Below are positions 1-8,149 of a stretch of DNA of 64,000 nucleotides, in pieces. The notes below the pieces were generated by a model, which was given only the letters and a program-made list of their open reading frames with translations, was not told where the DNA came from and did not search any database. This stretch comes from Deltaproteobacteria bacterium. GTDB taxonomy: Bacteria; Myxococcota_A; Polyangia; GCA-2747355; JADLHG01. The DNA is taken from positions 15,429 to 79,428 of the forward strand of contig JADLHG010000017.1 of the NCBI GenBank assembly GCA_020848905.1. The letters run 5' to 3'. Made by a program: the position numbers and the translations under genes. Within the stretch, counting starts at the first letter, position 1; the number at the start of each line of letters is the position of its first letter.

Positions 1-50
1 ACGAACCTCCCCGCCGCACCGATCCACCCCAACCGCCCGCGTGCGCCCAC
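1..50 (+). repeat. copy of the 5'-flank sequence of the Y1 transposase element (partial, at window edge)
   Basis: nt 1-6 match 43110-43115. The 25-nt block 6-30 is identical to 43129-43153. The 15-nt block 36-50 is identical to 43159-43173. Order and orientation are the same. Confidence 0.7.
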
Positions 51-123
51 GACCGCCCGCCGCCCGCGCCCTCGTCCACCCCCCCCACCACCGCCCGCGC
101 GTCCGCCAGGATCGCGGGTTACA

Positions 124-1098
124 ATGGGCCGACTTCGAACCAGGGCCTCGGGTCCTCGACCGGGAGTGCGCACGGTGAAGTGGTCGTCTCTCCTGCTCCT
201 GGGCTGTCTCCAGCTCGGTTCTTTTCAGCTTGGGTGCCACTGGGTCGTGCCCTATGTCGCGGAGGACGGCGGCAGAGCGCCGCAGGAGGCGAGTGCTTCG
301 CGAGACGAGGGGGCGCAACTTCGTGACGGCCCCCCGCCACCGGCGGACAGCGGCCGCGCGCGGGACGCCTCGACGGGGGAGGGCGGGCCCTGCCGTCTCC
401 CGCACGCCACGAGCAGTCCGAGCTGCGGCATCGCGGCGTGCGAAGCCGGTTGGGGCGACTGCGACGGTCTTGCGGCCAACGGCTGCGAGACGCAGCTCGC
501 CTGGAGCCTGCCACCCACGGACGATACGCACCTTTCTCACGACAACCCGTCGCTCAACTTCGGCGCGTCGCCTGCGCTCCAGTCCACGCTCACCTACAGG
601 GCCCTGCTGCGCTTCGATTCGCGGGCCCTGCCACCGCGGGCGTCCGTGGCACGCGCCGCTCTGACCCTGACGCTCCGGAGTCACGAGGCGGTGGAAGGGG
701 CGTCCTACGCCTTCAGCGTGCACGAAGTGACCGAGGCGAATGCGGCCTGGGTCGAAGGGACGGGGGTGGGGCGAACGGCCGGGGCGGGTGAGCCCTGTTT
801 CGACTACCTGGACTGCGGCCGGCGCGTGCCCTGGGCGGGCGCGGCGGGGCTCGAGAAGGAGGGAGTGGACTATATCGAGGGGCCGTTCGCGACCGTCATC
901 CTCGTGGCGCGGACCGGCCTGACCCATCGCTGGGACGTGTTTCCGGCCCTCGTCGAGCGCTGGCGCCTGCCGGGGGGGAAGAACGCCGGGGTGGTGCTCT
1001 TTCCGCGGACCGGCTTTCACTTCTGGTTCCACTCCAAGGAGGCGGCCCCGGGCTCGCAGCCTCCTCGCCTCGAGGTGACGCTGGAGTGCCGGCCGTGA
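124..1098 (+). CDS. secreted DNRLRE-domain protein with Cys-rich C-x-G-x-x-DCDG-x-x-NGCE module
   Basis: ATG ORF of 324 aa (alternative GTG at 175). Hydrophobic N-terminus WSSLLLLGCLQLG. The motif CGIAACEAGWGDCDGLAANGCETQL is typical of myxobacterial secreted proteins. THLSHDNPSLNFGAS...ALLRFDSRALPPRASVARAALTLTL fits the DNRLRE-domain pattern as I remember it. Confidence 0.6.
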   Translation: MGRLRTRASGPRPGVRTVKWSSLLLLGCLQLGSFQLGCHWVVPYVAEDGGRAPQEASASRDEGAQLRDGPPPPADSGRARDASTGEGGPCRLPHATSSPSCGIAACEAGWGDCDGLAANGCETQLAWSLPPTDDTHLSHDNPSLNFGASPALQSTLTYRALLRFDSRALPPRASVARAALTLTLRSHEAVEGASYAFSVHEVTEANAAWVEGTGVGRTAGAGEPCFDYLDCGRRVPWAGAAGLEKEGVDYIEGPFATVILVARTGLTHRWDVFPALVERWRLPGGKNAGVVLFPRTGFHFWFHSKEAAPGSQPPRLEVTLECRP

Positions 1099-3464
1099 CC
1101 ACCGCCCGGGGACTCGCGCGGCTGCTCGCGGCGCTAGAGGCTCAGCCCATGGCCTCGCTCGCGCTGCTCGCCCGCGTGCGCGCCGCGTGCCGCGCCGCAG
1201 AGGCTTCCGTCCATCGTCGAGGCCGGGAGCGCGACGGCGAAGACCCGCTCGCCTTCCGCGAGCGCCGCGGAGACTACGCGACCTATTTCTCGCGCATGGA
1301 TCGCACGATCCCGATGAAGGTGGGGCAGCTGTTGCCCGTCTTTCCGACGACGGCGGGGAGCCGTCTCTGCGAGATGGGGGCCGGCACCGGGACGCAGGCC
1401 GCCGCGTACGCGGCCTTTCACCCGCAGCTGCTGGTCGTGGCCACGGACCTCGATCCGACGGCGGTGGAGCACGCGCGCGCCGGCTTCGACCTGCCGAACG
1501 TGGCCTTCCTCCAGGCCGACGCGCTCGCCTCGACCTGGCCCGACGGATTCTTCGACGCGGTCGTGGACTCCTCGATGGGACACCACCTCGTGAGCTTCGG
1601 CGGCCGAGGGTTCGACGAGCGAAACATCGAACGCTATCGGGCACTGGTCTTCGCCGCGCTGAAGCCGGGCGGCAAGTACGGCATGCGGGATTTCGTCTCG
1701 CCCAGGTGGCCGGTGCGAGTGGAGCTCGCTCTGCCCACGGCCCCCGGAAGCCGCCCGGGGCCGATCGGGACGCTCTCTCGCGCCGCGCTCTTCGAGGCCT
1801 TCGCGCGGGCTTTCCGTAGCCACGATTTCCCGTCGGGGGTGCCCTTCCGTCGGCGGCCGGTCCGCGAGGCGGGGTGGGCGCGCTACGAGGTCTCGGGCGA
1901 GGGCGCCGCAAACTTCCTTCTGCGAGTGGACTACACCCAGAGCTGGAAGGAGGAGCTCGCCGAGCAATACACCTACCAGACGCTCGCCGAGCACGTGACG
2001 AGTCTGCGCGGCGCGGGCTTTCGCGTGGACTACGCGGCCGAGGTGCACAACCCGTGGATCCTGGCCCACTGGTGGGAAGGGCGAGCCCGCGTGGCGACGC
2101 TCGGAGGGCGCGCGCTCGGGTTTCCTCCGACGAACTTCGTGGTCTACGCCACGCGTCCGGGCCCCGAGACGCCACGTCTCCTCGAGGTTGCGGACGGCGG
2201 GGTGGAGGCGCTCCAGTCGCCGAGCTTCATGCAGCTCGCGGCGCACCGCCACCGTCGCACGGGGCAGGTCTTCGATCTCGTCGAGGTGCCCGGAGTGACG
2301 CACGCCTACTTCCCCTACGAGCGCGACGAGGATCGCGTGTTCCTGTACGTGCTGCACGAAGCGGAGCGTCCGGCCCTGGTCTACTACCAGCGCGAGTCGC
2401 GGCTCAATCAGAGCTACTACGGCGGCTACGCGGCGGAAGGGCTCGCGCAGGTCAGCCCCGAGCAGTCGGACCCGCGCGGTGGCTTCGATCGGACGTTGCA
2501 GCGGAAGGCTCAGGTGCGCCTGGAGGAACGCGTGCTGGAGCGTCTCGCCGTCGAGCGGCGCGCCCCCTTTCTTCCGTCGCCGGGAGCCTCGGACGAGCTC
2601 ATCGTGCCGTGCTACGTGGAGCTCGGAGGTGCGGGCGGGCACCTCTTTTCGCGCGGTCGCATGAAGCGCGTCGAGCTCTCGCAGCTCCTCGCCAGTGCGC
2701 AGGTGGGTGCGCTCCCCGACCCACGCCTCGAGCTCGCCGCGTACACCGTCGGGCGCGCGCTCGGGGTGGCCTGGTCTCCGTGGCTCGGTGCGGAGCTCCC
2801 CCTGGTGCCGGCGGGCGCCCTTCGCGCGCGGGTCGCGGGCTACGCCGCGGCGGCCGGTCCGCGCGCTGCCTCGTTCGTGCCGGCGGGGCGTCCGTCCGGG
2901 TTCGCGCGGCTCGAGCGGGTGGCCTTCGCGCGCCGGCGAGGCGATGCAAGGGAAGCGGAGTCGTCGGAGAGAGTGACCCTCGAGCTTCTCTCGCCCGCGC
3001 CGACCCGGGCCTCGGTAGATACCTACGCGGTCGTGCCGTACGCGCTGGTGCGCGAGGCGCTCCTCGTCGGCCTCGAGCGCCGGGAGCTGCCGGCCTTCCA
3101 GCAGCGCGGGCTCAGCTCGCGCGTCGCGGTGGTGCCGGCCTGGCGCGTGCCCCGTCGCTTCACCGACGGGGCGTCGGCGCGGCGCTGGGCCTCGCGGCGC
3201 CTCGAGGCCGAGTTCGGCGTGCGGGTTCGTGCGCTTCGACCGCTGGGAGAGGGCTACTTCCCCTCCCCGGGGCAGACGCCCGAGCGGGTCACCCCCTTCG
3301 CTGCGGCGGTCGAGCTCGCGGGCGACAGGCCTCGGGGACTGCGCTTCGTGGCGCTCGAGACCCTGCTCGCGGAGCTCGAGGCGATCCCCGACCTGCACAG
3401 CCGCGTGCTCCTCCTGCGCCTGGCCCATGCCACCGGACGGCTCGCGGGTCGCGCTCCGGCGTAG
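1086..3464 (+). CDS. class I SAM-dependent methyltransferase fused to a ~550 aa uncharacterised C-terminal region (two Nudix-like internal repeats)
   Basis: GTG ORF of 792 aa (alternative ATG at 1149); overlaps the upstream gene by 13 nt. CEMGAGTGTQAAAYAAF...LVVATDLDP is SAM-binding motif I plus the acidic loop; LKPGGKYGMRDF is the post-motif. The C-terminal half has two repeats, each ending in F-[LF]-PSPG...VEL-x-G. Confidence 0.75.
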   Translation: MPAVTTARGLARLLAALEAQPMASLALLARVRAACRAAEASVHRRGRERDGEDPLAFRERRGDYATYFSRMDRTIPMKVGQLLPVFPTTAGSRLCEMGAGTGTQAAAYAAFHPQLLVVATDLDPTAVEHARAGFDLPNVAFLQADALASTWPDGFFDAVVDSSMGHHLVSFGGRGFDERNIERYRALVFAALKPGGKYGMRDFVSPRWPVRVELALPTAPGSRPGPIGTLSRAALFEAFARAFRSHDFPSGVPFRRRPVREAGWARYEVSGEGAANFLLRVDYTQSWKEELAEQYTYQTLAEHVTSLRGAGFRVDYAAEVHNPWILAHWWEGRARVATLGGRALGFPPTNFVVYATRPGPETPRLLEVADGGVEALQSPSFMQLAAHRHRRTGQVFDLVEVPGVTHAYFPYERDEDRVFLYVLHEAERPALVYYQRESRLNQSYYGGYAAEGLAQVSPEQSDPRGGFDRTLQRKAQVRLEERVLERLAVERRAPFLPSPGASDELIVPCYVELGGAGGHLFSRGRMKRVELSQLLASAQVGALPDPRLELAAYTVGRALGVAWSPWLGAELPLVPAGALRARVAGYAAAAGPRAASFVPAGRPSGFARLERVAFARRRGDAREAESSERVTLELLSPAPTRASVDTYAVVPYALVREALLVGLERRELPAFQQRGLSSRVAVVPAWRVPRRFTDGASARRWASRRLEAEFGVRVRALRPLGEGYFPSPGQTPERVTPFAAAVELAGDRPRGLRFVALETLLAELEAIPDLHSRVLLLRLAHATGRLAGRAPA

Positions 3465-3530
3465 GAGGTGGGGACTGGAGTCCTCGGCTCCCGCCAGGGG
3501 GCGGCTGGCGGCCTCGCCCCCCCAGGCCGC

Positions 3531-3549
3531 TGTCGCGACAATAATTGTC
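3531..3549. promoter_or_regulatory. overlapping palindromes TGTCGCGACA and GACAAT-A-ATTGTC (three TGTC/GACA half-sites) at an AT-rich island
   Basis: Read directly from the sequence. The following 30 nt (3541-3570) contain only 8 G/C by hand count. The site is intergenic, between the methyltransferase and Fe-ADH-like genes. Confidence 0.4.
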
Positions 3550-3622
3550 TTGAAAAATAAGGCTGTTATGCGCGCGGCAGCCGCGAGCGGTTGGCACGTC
3601 CCTTGGATATTGTCCGGCCCAG

Positions 3623-5191
3623 ATGCTCCGCCCACGCGCTACGTCCAGAGAGGGGCTCGGGTTCACAGGGGCGGGTAGGGGATGGGCCCAAATCGTACTG
3701 CTGTCGGTCGCCCTCCTCGCGAGCGGCCGTCCTGCCTCGGCGTACGAGGGGCAAGGAAAGAGGAAGCGGACTAGTCCCGGCGCCTCGGCGACGGGCTGGA
3801 TCGACGGACACCTTCAGGGCGGGGCGAAGGGAAACGGCTCCCTCGAGGCGCGCAACGCGCTCATGCTCGCCGCGCACGCCTCGATCCTGAGCCGGCAGCG
3901 GCCCGACCCGGCGGAGGTCACGCCTCCTCGCCTGCAGCACAGCCGACGCGGCCTCAAGGCCATCCTGGGCCAGCTCGTGGACGAGCGCACCCTGATCGTC
4001 ACCGACGACTACAACTTCAAGGCGGCCAAGGCCCTGGGCAAAGGGCACGTGCACCTCGTGCAGAGCGATCGCCTCGCGCCGCTCACGCGCGTGCTGGCCG
4101 AGGTCGAATTCGACAACGTCGTGGCCGTCGGGGGGTGCACGGCTCTCGACGCGGGTCGGGCGCTGGCGGGGGAGTCGAAGAAGCTGGTGATGGTGCCGCT
4201 GCTCTCTACCGCGTGCATCAGCGCCAACAAGGCGATCCTCCGCGACGACCGCAAGATCGTGAAGACCTACACGCGCGCTCCGGACGCTACGGTAGTGAGC
4301 TACCCCTATCTGATGGACGGCTCCCCGGAGACCCGCGCTCGGTGGGCGCAGTCCGGCTTCGGCGACCTCTTCGCCAACCTCGGCGCGGCGCTCGACCTGG
4401 CCTACGAGCAGCAGCGCTACAGCCTTCGGGGGGTGCGCGAGAAGGCGGCTCCGACGCTGACCGCGCTGAGCTGGGTCAACACGCGCTTCACCTCCTACGA
4501 CGAGCGAGCGCTGCGGCACCTCGCCGAGTACGTGCACGAGTCCAACGTGCGGGTGATGACGAGCAACGAGCCGCGCCTCGCCGGCGGGGGCGAGCACCAC
4601 GTCTACTACTACCTCAAGCGCCGCTTCGGGACGCGTTACAGCAAGGGAGGCGCGACGCACGGGCAGATCGTCGCGGCCGGGACGCTGATCGCCGCCAAGA
4701 TCTTCGCCGACGAGACCGGCGACCGCCGGCTCTACGAGTCGCTTCGTGCGGCCTACACCAAGCTCGGTCTCCCCGTGGATCGGCCCGCGCTCGAGGCGTC
4801 GGGGATCCGGCACGCCGACCTGCTCGTGGCCCTGCAGGCCGTGAGCAAGTCGCATCCCACGACGGTGCTGGGCCATCACTTCGCCAAGGGCGACTTCTCG
4901 GTGGTGGACGCCGTCTTCACCCCCGAGGTTCAGCCCGTGCGCTCCAAGCGCCAGGTGGTGGCGCGAACTCGGCACCCGCGGAGCCTGCCGCCGATGGAAG
5001 CGGGCCACCGCTCGGGGAAGAAGGGGGACCGCACGCCGCAGACCGAGGCCCAGCTCGATCAGCTCGAGCGTGTCCTCGCCAGGTACCGACGCGGCGGTGT
5101 CGCCGTCCGCACCTTCATGGGAGTCATCAGCTCGGCGCTCGGCGGCGGCGGGGTCATCGGCAACGGACTGGTCGACGATCCGATGCGCTGA
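3623..5191 (+). CDS. Fe-ADH / glycerol-1-phosphate dehydrogenase-like (DHQ-synthase-like fold) protein; function uncertain
   Basis: ATG ORF of 522 aa. VVAVGGCTALDAGRALAGESKKLVMVPLLSTACISANKAIL resembles the GGG-x-x-D ... VPT nucleotide-binding core of this superfamily. The N-terminus looks like a signal peptide (IVLLSVALLASGRPASA). The true start is uncertain. Confidence 0.5.
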   Translation: MLRPRATSREGLGFTGAGRGWAQIVLLSVALLASGRPASAYEGQGKRKRTSPGASATGWIDGHLQGGAKGNGSLEARNALMLAAHASILSRQRPDPAEVTPPRLQHSRRGLKAILGQLVDERTLIVTDDYNFKAAKALGKGHVHLVQSDRLAPLTRVLAEVEFDNVVAVGGCTALDAGRALAGESKKLVMVPLLSTACISANKAILRDDRKIVKTYTRAPDATVVSYPYLMDGSPETRARWAQSGFGDLFANLGAALDLAYEQQRYSLRGVREKAAPTLTALSWVNTRFTSYDERALRHLAEYVHESNVRVMTSNEPRLAGGGEHHVYYYLKRRFGTRYSKGGATHGQIVAAGTLIAAKIFADETGDRRLYESLRAAYTKLGLPVDRPALEASGIRHADLLVALQAVSKSHPTTVLGHHFAKGDFSVVDAVFTPEVQPVRSKRQVVARTRHPRSLPPMEAGHRSGKKGDRTPQTEAQLDQLERVLARYRRGGVAVRTFMGVISSALGGGGVIGNGLVDDPMR

Positions 5192-5232
5192 ACCCGGTCA
5201 CCTCGGCTGCGCGCCTCGCGACGCGGTAGCCG

Positions 5233-5895
5233 CTATCGCGCCTGCGGCGCGACCTTCGGATAGCCAATCGGACGATTGAGGTGGCGCGCCAGGTCGGCGA
5301 CGAGCTGCGGCGACGCGAGGTCCGCGAGCTCACCGCGCCGCGCGGCGACGCGCAGGGCCTCGCGCACGGCCATGGCCTTGGCGGTGCGTTCGAAGAGATC
5401 GTCGACCCGCGAGAGACAGAGGCCCGTCCCGATCAACGCGAGCCCGCTCAGGCTCGCCACCTTGGAGAGCGGCGACTCCGACAGCGAGGACATGAGGCTG
5501 ATCGCCAGGCCGAGCCACGAGGCGTTGAGGACGCGCACGTCCCACGAGATGTGCGGGCGCCGCATGGCGTACCGCTCGTGGACCTCGGGATAGGCGTGGA
5601 TCAGGCGGTCGAGCTCGGCCACGAGGGACTCGCGCTGCACGCGCCTCTCGACGCGCGCGCGTACCCAGCGCTCCTTCAGCAGCAGGAGCTTCTTCTGCGA
5701 GGCGTACGAGAGGCGGCCCCACGTCCGGATGCCGGTGGCGAACGGCCCGCGGCGTGGGCGCGTGGTGCGTGCCGTGCCGCTGGGCCGGAGCTGGGAGCCG
5801 TCGTCGGCGGCCCAGGCCGTGCGTGGTGGCGCGAGGCCCAGCGCGAGGCCAGCGAGGAGGATGAGACACGTTCCCTGTCGCGAAGAGAGATGCAT
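5233..5895 (-). CDS. hypothetical secreted/membrane protein
   Basis: The 319-aa ORF is trimmed to the internal ATG at 5895, which has GGAG 6 nt upstream. Signal peptide CLILLAGLALGLAPPRTAWA. C-terminal hydrophobic stretches (WLGLAISLM, LSGLALIGTGLCL). No domain recognised. Confidence 0.5.
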   Translation of the reverse strand: MHLSSRQGTCLILLAGLALGLAPPRTAWAADDGSQLRPSGTARTTRPRRGPFATGIRTWGRLSYASQKKLLLLKERWVRARVERRVQRESLVAELDRLIHAYPEVHERYAMRRPHISWDVRVLNASWLGLAISLMSSLSESPLSKVASLSGLALIGTGLCLSRVDDLFERTAKAMAVREALRVAARRGELADLASPQLVADLARHLNRPIGYPKVAPQAR

Positions 5896-5917
5896 GGTCG
5901 GCTCCGCGGCGCCCGAG

Positions 5918-5933
5918 AGCAAGGGGCGCGCCA
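5918..5933 (-). promoter_or_regulatory. sigma54-type -24/-12 element TGGCGC-N5-TTGCT
   Basis: The reverse complement of agcaaggggcgcgcca reads TGGCGCGCCCCTTGCT, with GG-N10-GC spacing. Sits 22 nt upstream of ATG 5895. Confidence 0.4.
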
Positions 5934-6190
5934 CGCGGTCCGCACGGCGCGGGACGTCGAGGCGGCCGCGAGTTGTCGCCCTCGCTTGACGGGCGCGGCT
6001 CTGCGGATCTCGGCCAGCCGGTGGATCGAGGCGCCACCGCGCGGCGGAGTGCGACGGGCGTGGGGCGAGCGCGAACCGCGACGTCTCGGATGGACGAAAG
6101 GCGCGCAGTAGCGCGAGCTCGGTCGCGCACCGCGCAGTGAAGTCTCGCCGCGACGCGAGGCGGGCCCGACCGTTGCTATGCGCCCTTCGC

Positions 6191-7108
6191 ATGATGAACG
6201 CGACCTCTCTCGTCTCACGGTCTCTCTGCGCTGGACTACTGCTGGAGCTACTCTCGACGGTGGCGCACGCGCGTCCGCCCCAGGTGCCACCGCGCGTGGG
6301 GCCGTATCAGCTCGCGGCGCAGCCGCTCGGAGCTGGCGGCGTGAGCACGGTCTACCCCGCGGTCGACACGCGCAACGGACAGCAGGTCGCCGTGAAGGTG
6401 ACGGGGTTCGTCGAGCACGCGCGGTCCGAGGCGGAGGTGCTGCGTCGCGTGGGCGCGCCCCCGGGGCAGCGCGCGCTCTTCCCGCGTTACGTCGACTACC
6501 TCGAGGAGCCGGGACGCGCCTACGTGGTGATGGAGGCGCTCCCCGGGCGGTCGCTGCACGACGCGGTTCGTGGCCCGATGCCGGAGGACGCTGTCGTGCC
6601 CATCGTCATGCACGTGCTCCGCGCCCTTCGCACGCTCCACGCGCACGGCTTCGTGCACGGCGACGTGAAGCCGGCCAACGTGATGCTGGACGAGGCGCTC
6701 CGACCGAGCTCCGTGCGGCTCATCGACTTCAACACCACGCGCCCCGTCGGCTGGCGCGGGCCCGAGGGTCCCGGCTACACGCGGGGCTATGCCGCGCCGG
6801 AGCAGTTCGTCTGGCCGCGGGGGATCGACCCGCGCACCGACCTGTACCTCACGGGCGCGACGGCCTTCGCGCTCGTGACCGGCGAGGCGCCCTTCGAAAC
6901 GTCGGTGGGCGCCAGGAACGTGCTGCCGTGGGCGCGGCAGCGGCGCGGCGCACCGCTTCGTCGCAGCGACCACCCGCTCTGGACGGTGATCGAACGGGCG
7001 ATGGAGCCCGACCCCGCACGGCGCTACGCCTCAGCGCAGGAGATGCTCGACGCCCTCCGCCCGCTCGCAGGTCTGCCCCCGCCTCGCCCCACCTCGCTCC
7101 CCAAGTAG
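6191..7108 (+). CDS. Ser/Thr protein kinase (non-RD variant: HGD catalytic loop, DFN instead of DFG)
   Basis: Gly loop LGAGGVSTVY, VAVKV lysine, HGFVHGDVKPANVML, LIDFN, GYAAPEQ. The start could be GTG 6137 or ATG 6191/6194. Confidence 0.8.
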   Translation: MMNATSLVSRSLCAGLLLELLSTVAHARPPQVPPRVGPYQLAAQPLGAGGVSTVYPAVDTRNGQQVAVKVTGFVEHARSEAEVLRRVGAPPGQRALFPRYVDYLEEPGRAYVVMEALPGRSLHDAVRGPMPEDAVVPIVMHVLRALRTLHAHGFVHGDVKPANVMLDEALRPSSVRLIDFNTTRPVGWRGPEGPGYTRGYAAPEQFVWPRGIDPRTDLYLTGATAFALVTGEAPFETSVGARNVLPWARQRRGAPLRRSDHPLWTVIERAMEPDPARRYASAQEMLDALRPLAGLPPPRPTSLPK

Positions 7109-7260
7109 CCGAGATTCCATCGCCCACGCCGTCGACCTGGCCAAACCGGCCACTTGCCTGGCCGGAGCAGTCAACCGCCACCTCGAAAAAAGACGGAGCA
7201 ACTGTGGGAGCCGCGGTGCGTCGGCGAGGCGAGTTCGACAGGTTAGGTGCAAACGACAGG

Positions 7261-7276
7261 TGGCACGTGCGCTGCA
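7261..7276 (+). promoter_or_regulatory. sigma54-type -24/-12 element TGGCAC-N5-CTGCA
   Basis: TGGCACGTGCGCTGCA has GG-N10-GC spacing. Sits 32 nt upstream of ATG 7309 of the LTD lipoprotein gene. Confidence 0.45.
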
Positions 7277-7308
7277 CAAGCCGCGTGAAACCCGTTCGGA
7301 GGAGAGCG

Positions 7309-8130
7309 ATGAAGACGCTACGGCGAGGAGTGTATGCGCTGGCAACCATCGGCGTGCTGGTTGGGTGCGGCGGTGGAACGACGCAGCCGACCCAGGGGGC
7401 GCGGGCCGACGGTGGCGCCGCCGGTTCCGACGGGGGTGGCGGTGTGTGGACCGACGATGCCGGGGGAGATCCGGGGACGACCGGTCCCGGCGAAGAGACC
7501 CCGGGGCCGGGCCCGGCCGCCGACGGTGGCACCGTCGCGAAGGGAGACAGCGGTGGCACCGTCACGAAACGTGACGGGAGCACGGGGGGCAACACGAACA
7601 CGCCGCCCCCGCCCTTTCCGGCCGCGCAGTGCGGCGCGACGGCTACCGTCGTGCTGCAGGAGATGGCGACCGGACAGCCGGACTACGTGGTGCTCAAGAA
7701 CACCGGCGGCGCCCCGGTGGACCTGAACGGCTTTCAGCTCCACTTCGCGGGGATCACCAACAAGCCCACCTCCTACACCTTCAAGGCGAGCAAGATGCTC
7801 GATGCCGGCAAGACGCTCTACGTGGTCGAGTACCAGACCACCAAGCCCGATGAGATCGGCACGGCGGCGAACATCCCCTTCTTCGACGGGCCGCCGAATG
7901 CCGCCAGGCAGAATGCGGTGGCGCTCTACGACACGAGCGGAAAGCTGCTCGACTACCTCGCGATCGGCGCCCCGGCGGTGAGCCTGCCGCAGGGGGCGAC
8001 CTTCACGGCGGTGGCCTGGCCGAGCGGCTTTTTGGCCAAGACGCACTCTTTTCAGCGCACGGGGCAGAAGGGGAGCTGTCCGGGCTTCGACGCGTCGGAC
8101 TGGGGCGCGGCGCCGATCACGCGCAAGTAA
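7309..8130 (+). CDS. lamin-tail-domain (LTD) lipoprotein
   Basis: 3' part of the 650-aa open frame, trimmed to ATG 7309, which is preceded by GGAGGAG. Lipobox IGVLVGC. Gly/Asp/Thr-rich linker. VVLQEMATGQPDYVVLKNTGGAPVDLNGFQLHF is an LTD-like core. Confidence 0.7.
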   Translation: MKTLRRGVYALATIGVLVGCGGGTTQPTQGARADGGAAGSDGGGGVWTDDAGGDPGTTGPGEETPGPGPAADGGTVAKGDSGGTVTKRDGSTGGNTNTPPPPFPAAQCGATATVVLQEMATGQPDYVVLKNTGGAPVDLNGFQLHFAGITNKPTSYTFKASKMLDAGKTLYVVEYQTTKPDEIGTAANIPFFDGPPNAARQNAVALYDTSGKLLDYLAIGAPAVSLPQGATFTAVAWPSGFLAKTHSFQRTGQKGSCPGFDASDWGAAPITRK

Positions 8131-8149
8131 GTTAGGGCCCTCCGTGTCG

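Noticed and set aside
3592-3607. TGGCACGTCCCTTGGA, a sigma54-like element upstream of the Fe-ADH-like gene.
   Set aside because: The -12 position reads GG instead of the conserved GC. The element ends only 15 nt before ATG 3623, which leaves essentially no leader. I kept it out of the promoter set.
1134-3635. 833-aa minus-strand ORF overlapping the methyltransferase gene. Similar long shadows occur at 3566-5008, 11805-13076, 13277-14878, 17841-19760, 20061-21986, 22443-23912, 23704-25989, 26017-27192, 27605-28918, 30226-31908, 35439-37124, 37968-39416, 49200-50597 and 50679-52664.
   Set aside because: Each lies opposite to, or out of frame with, a gene that has clear family motifs. All have Arg/Gly/Pro/Ala-rich low-information translations and no signal, domain or RBS support.
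7146-7165. Hairpin CCGGCCA-CTTGCC-TGGCCGG after the first kinase gene, considered as an intrinsic terminator. Similar short hairpins occur at 3497-3530, 40506-40520 and 62111-62131.
   Set aside because: The stems are short (5-7 bp) and none is followed by a T-tract. They cannot be distinguished from background GC-rich inverted repeats.
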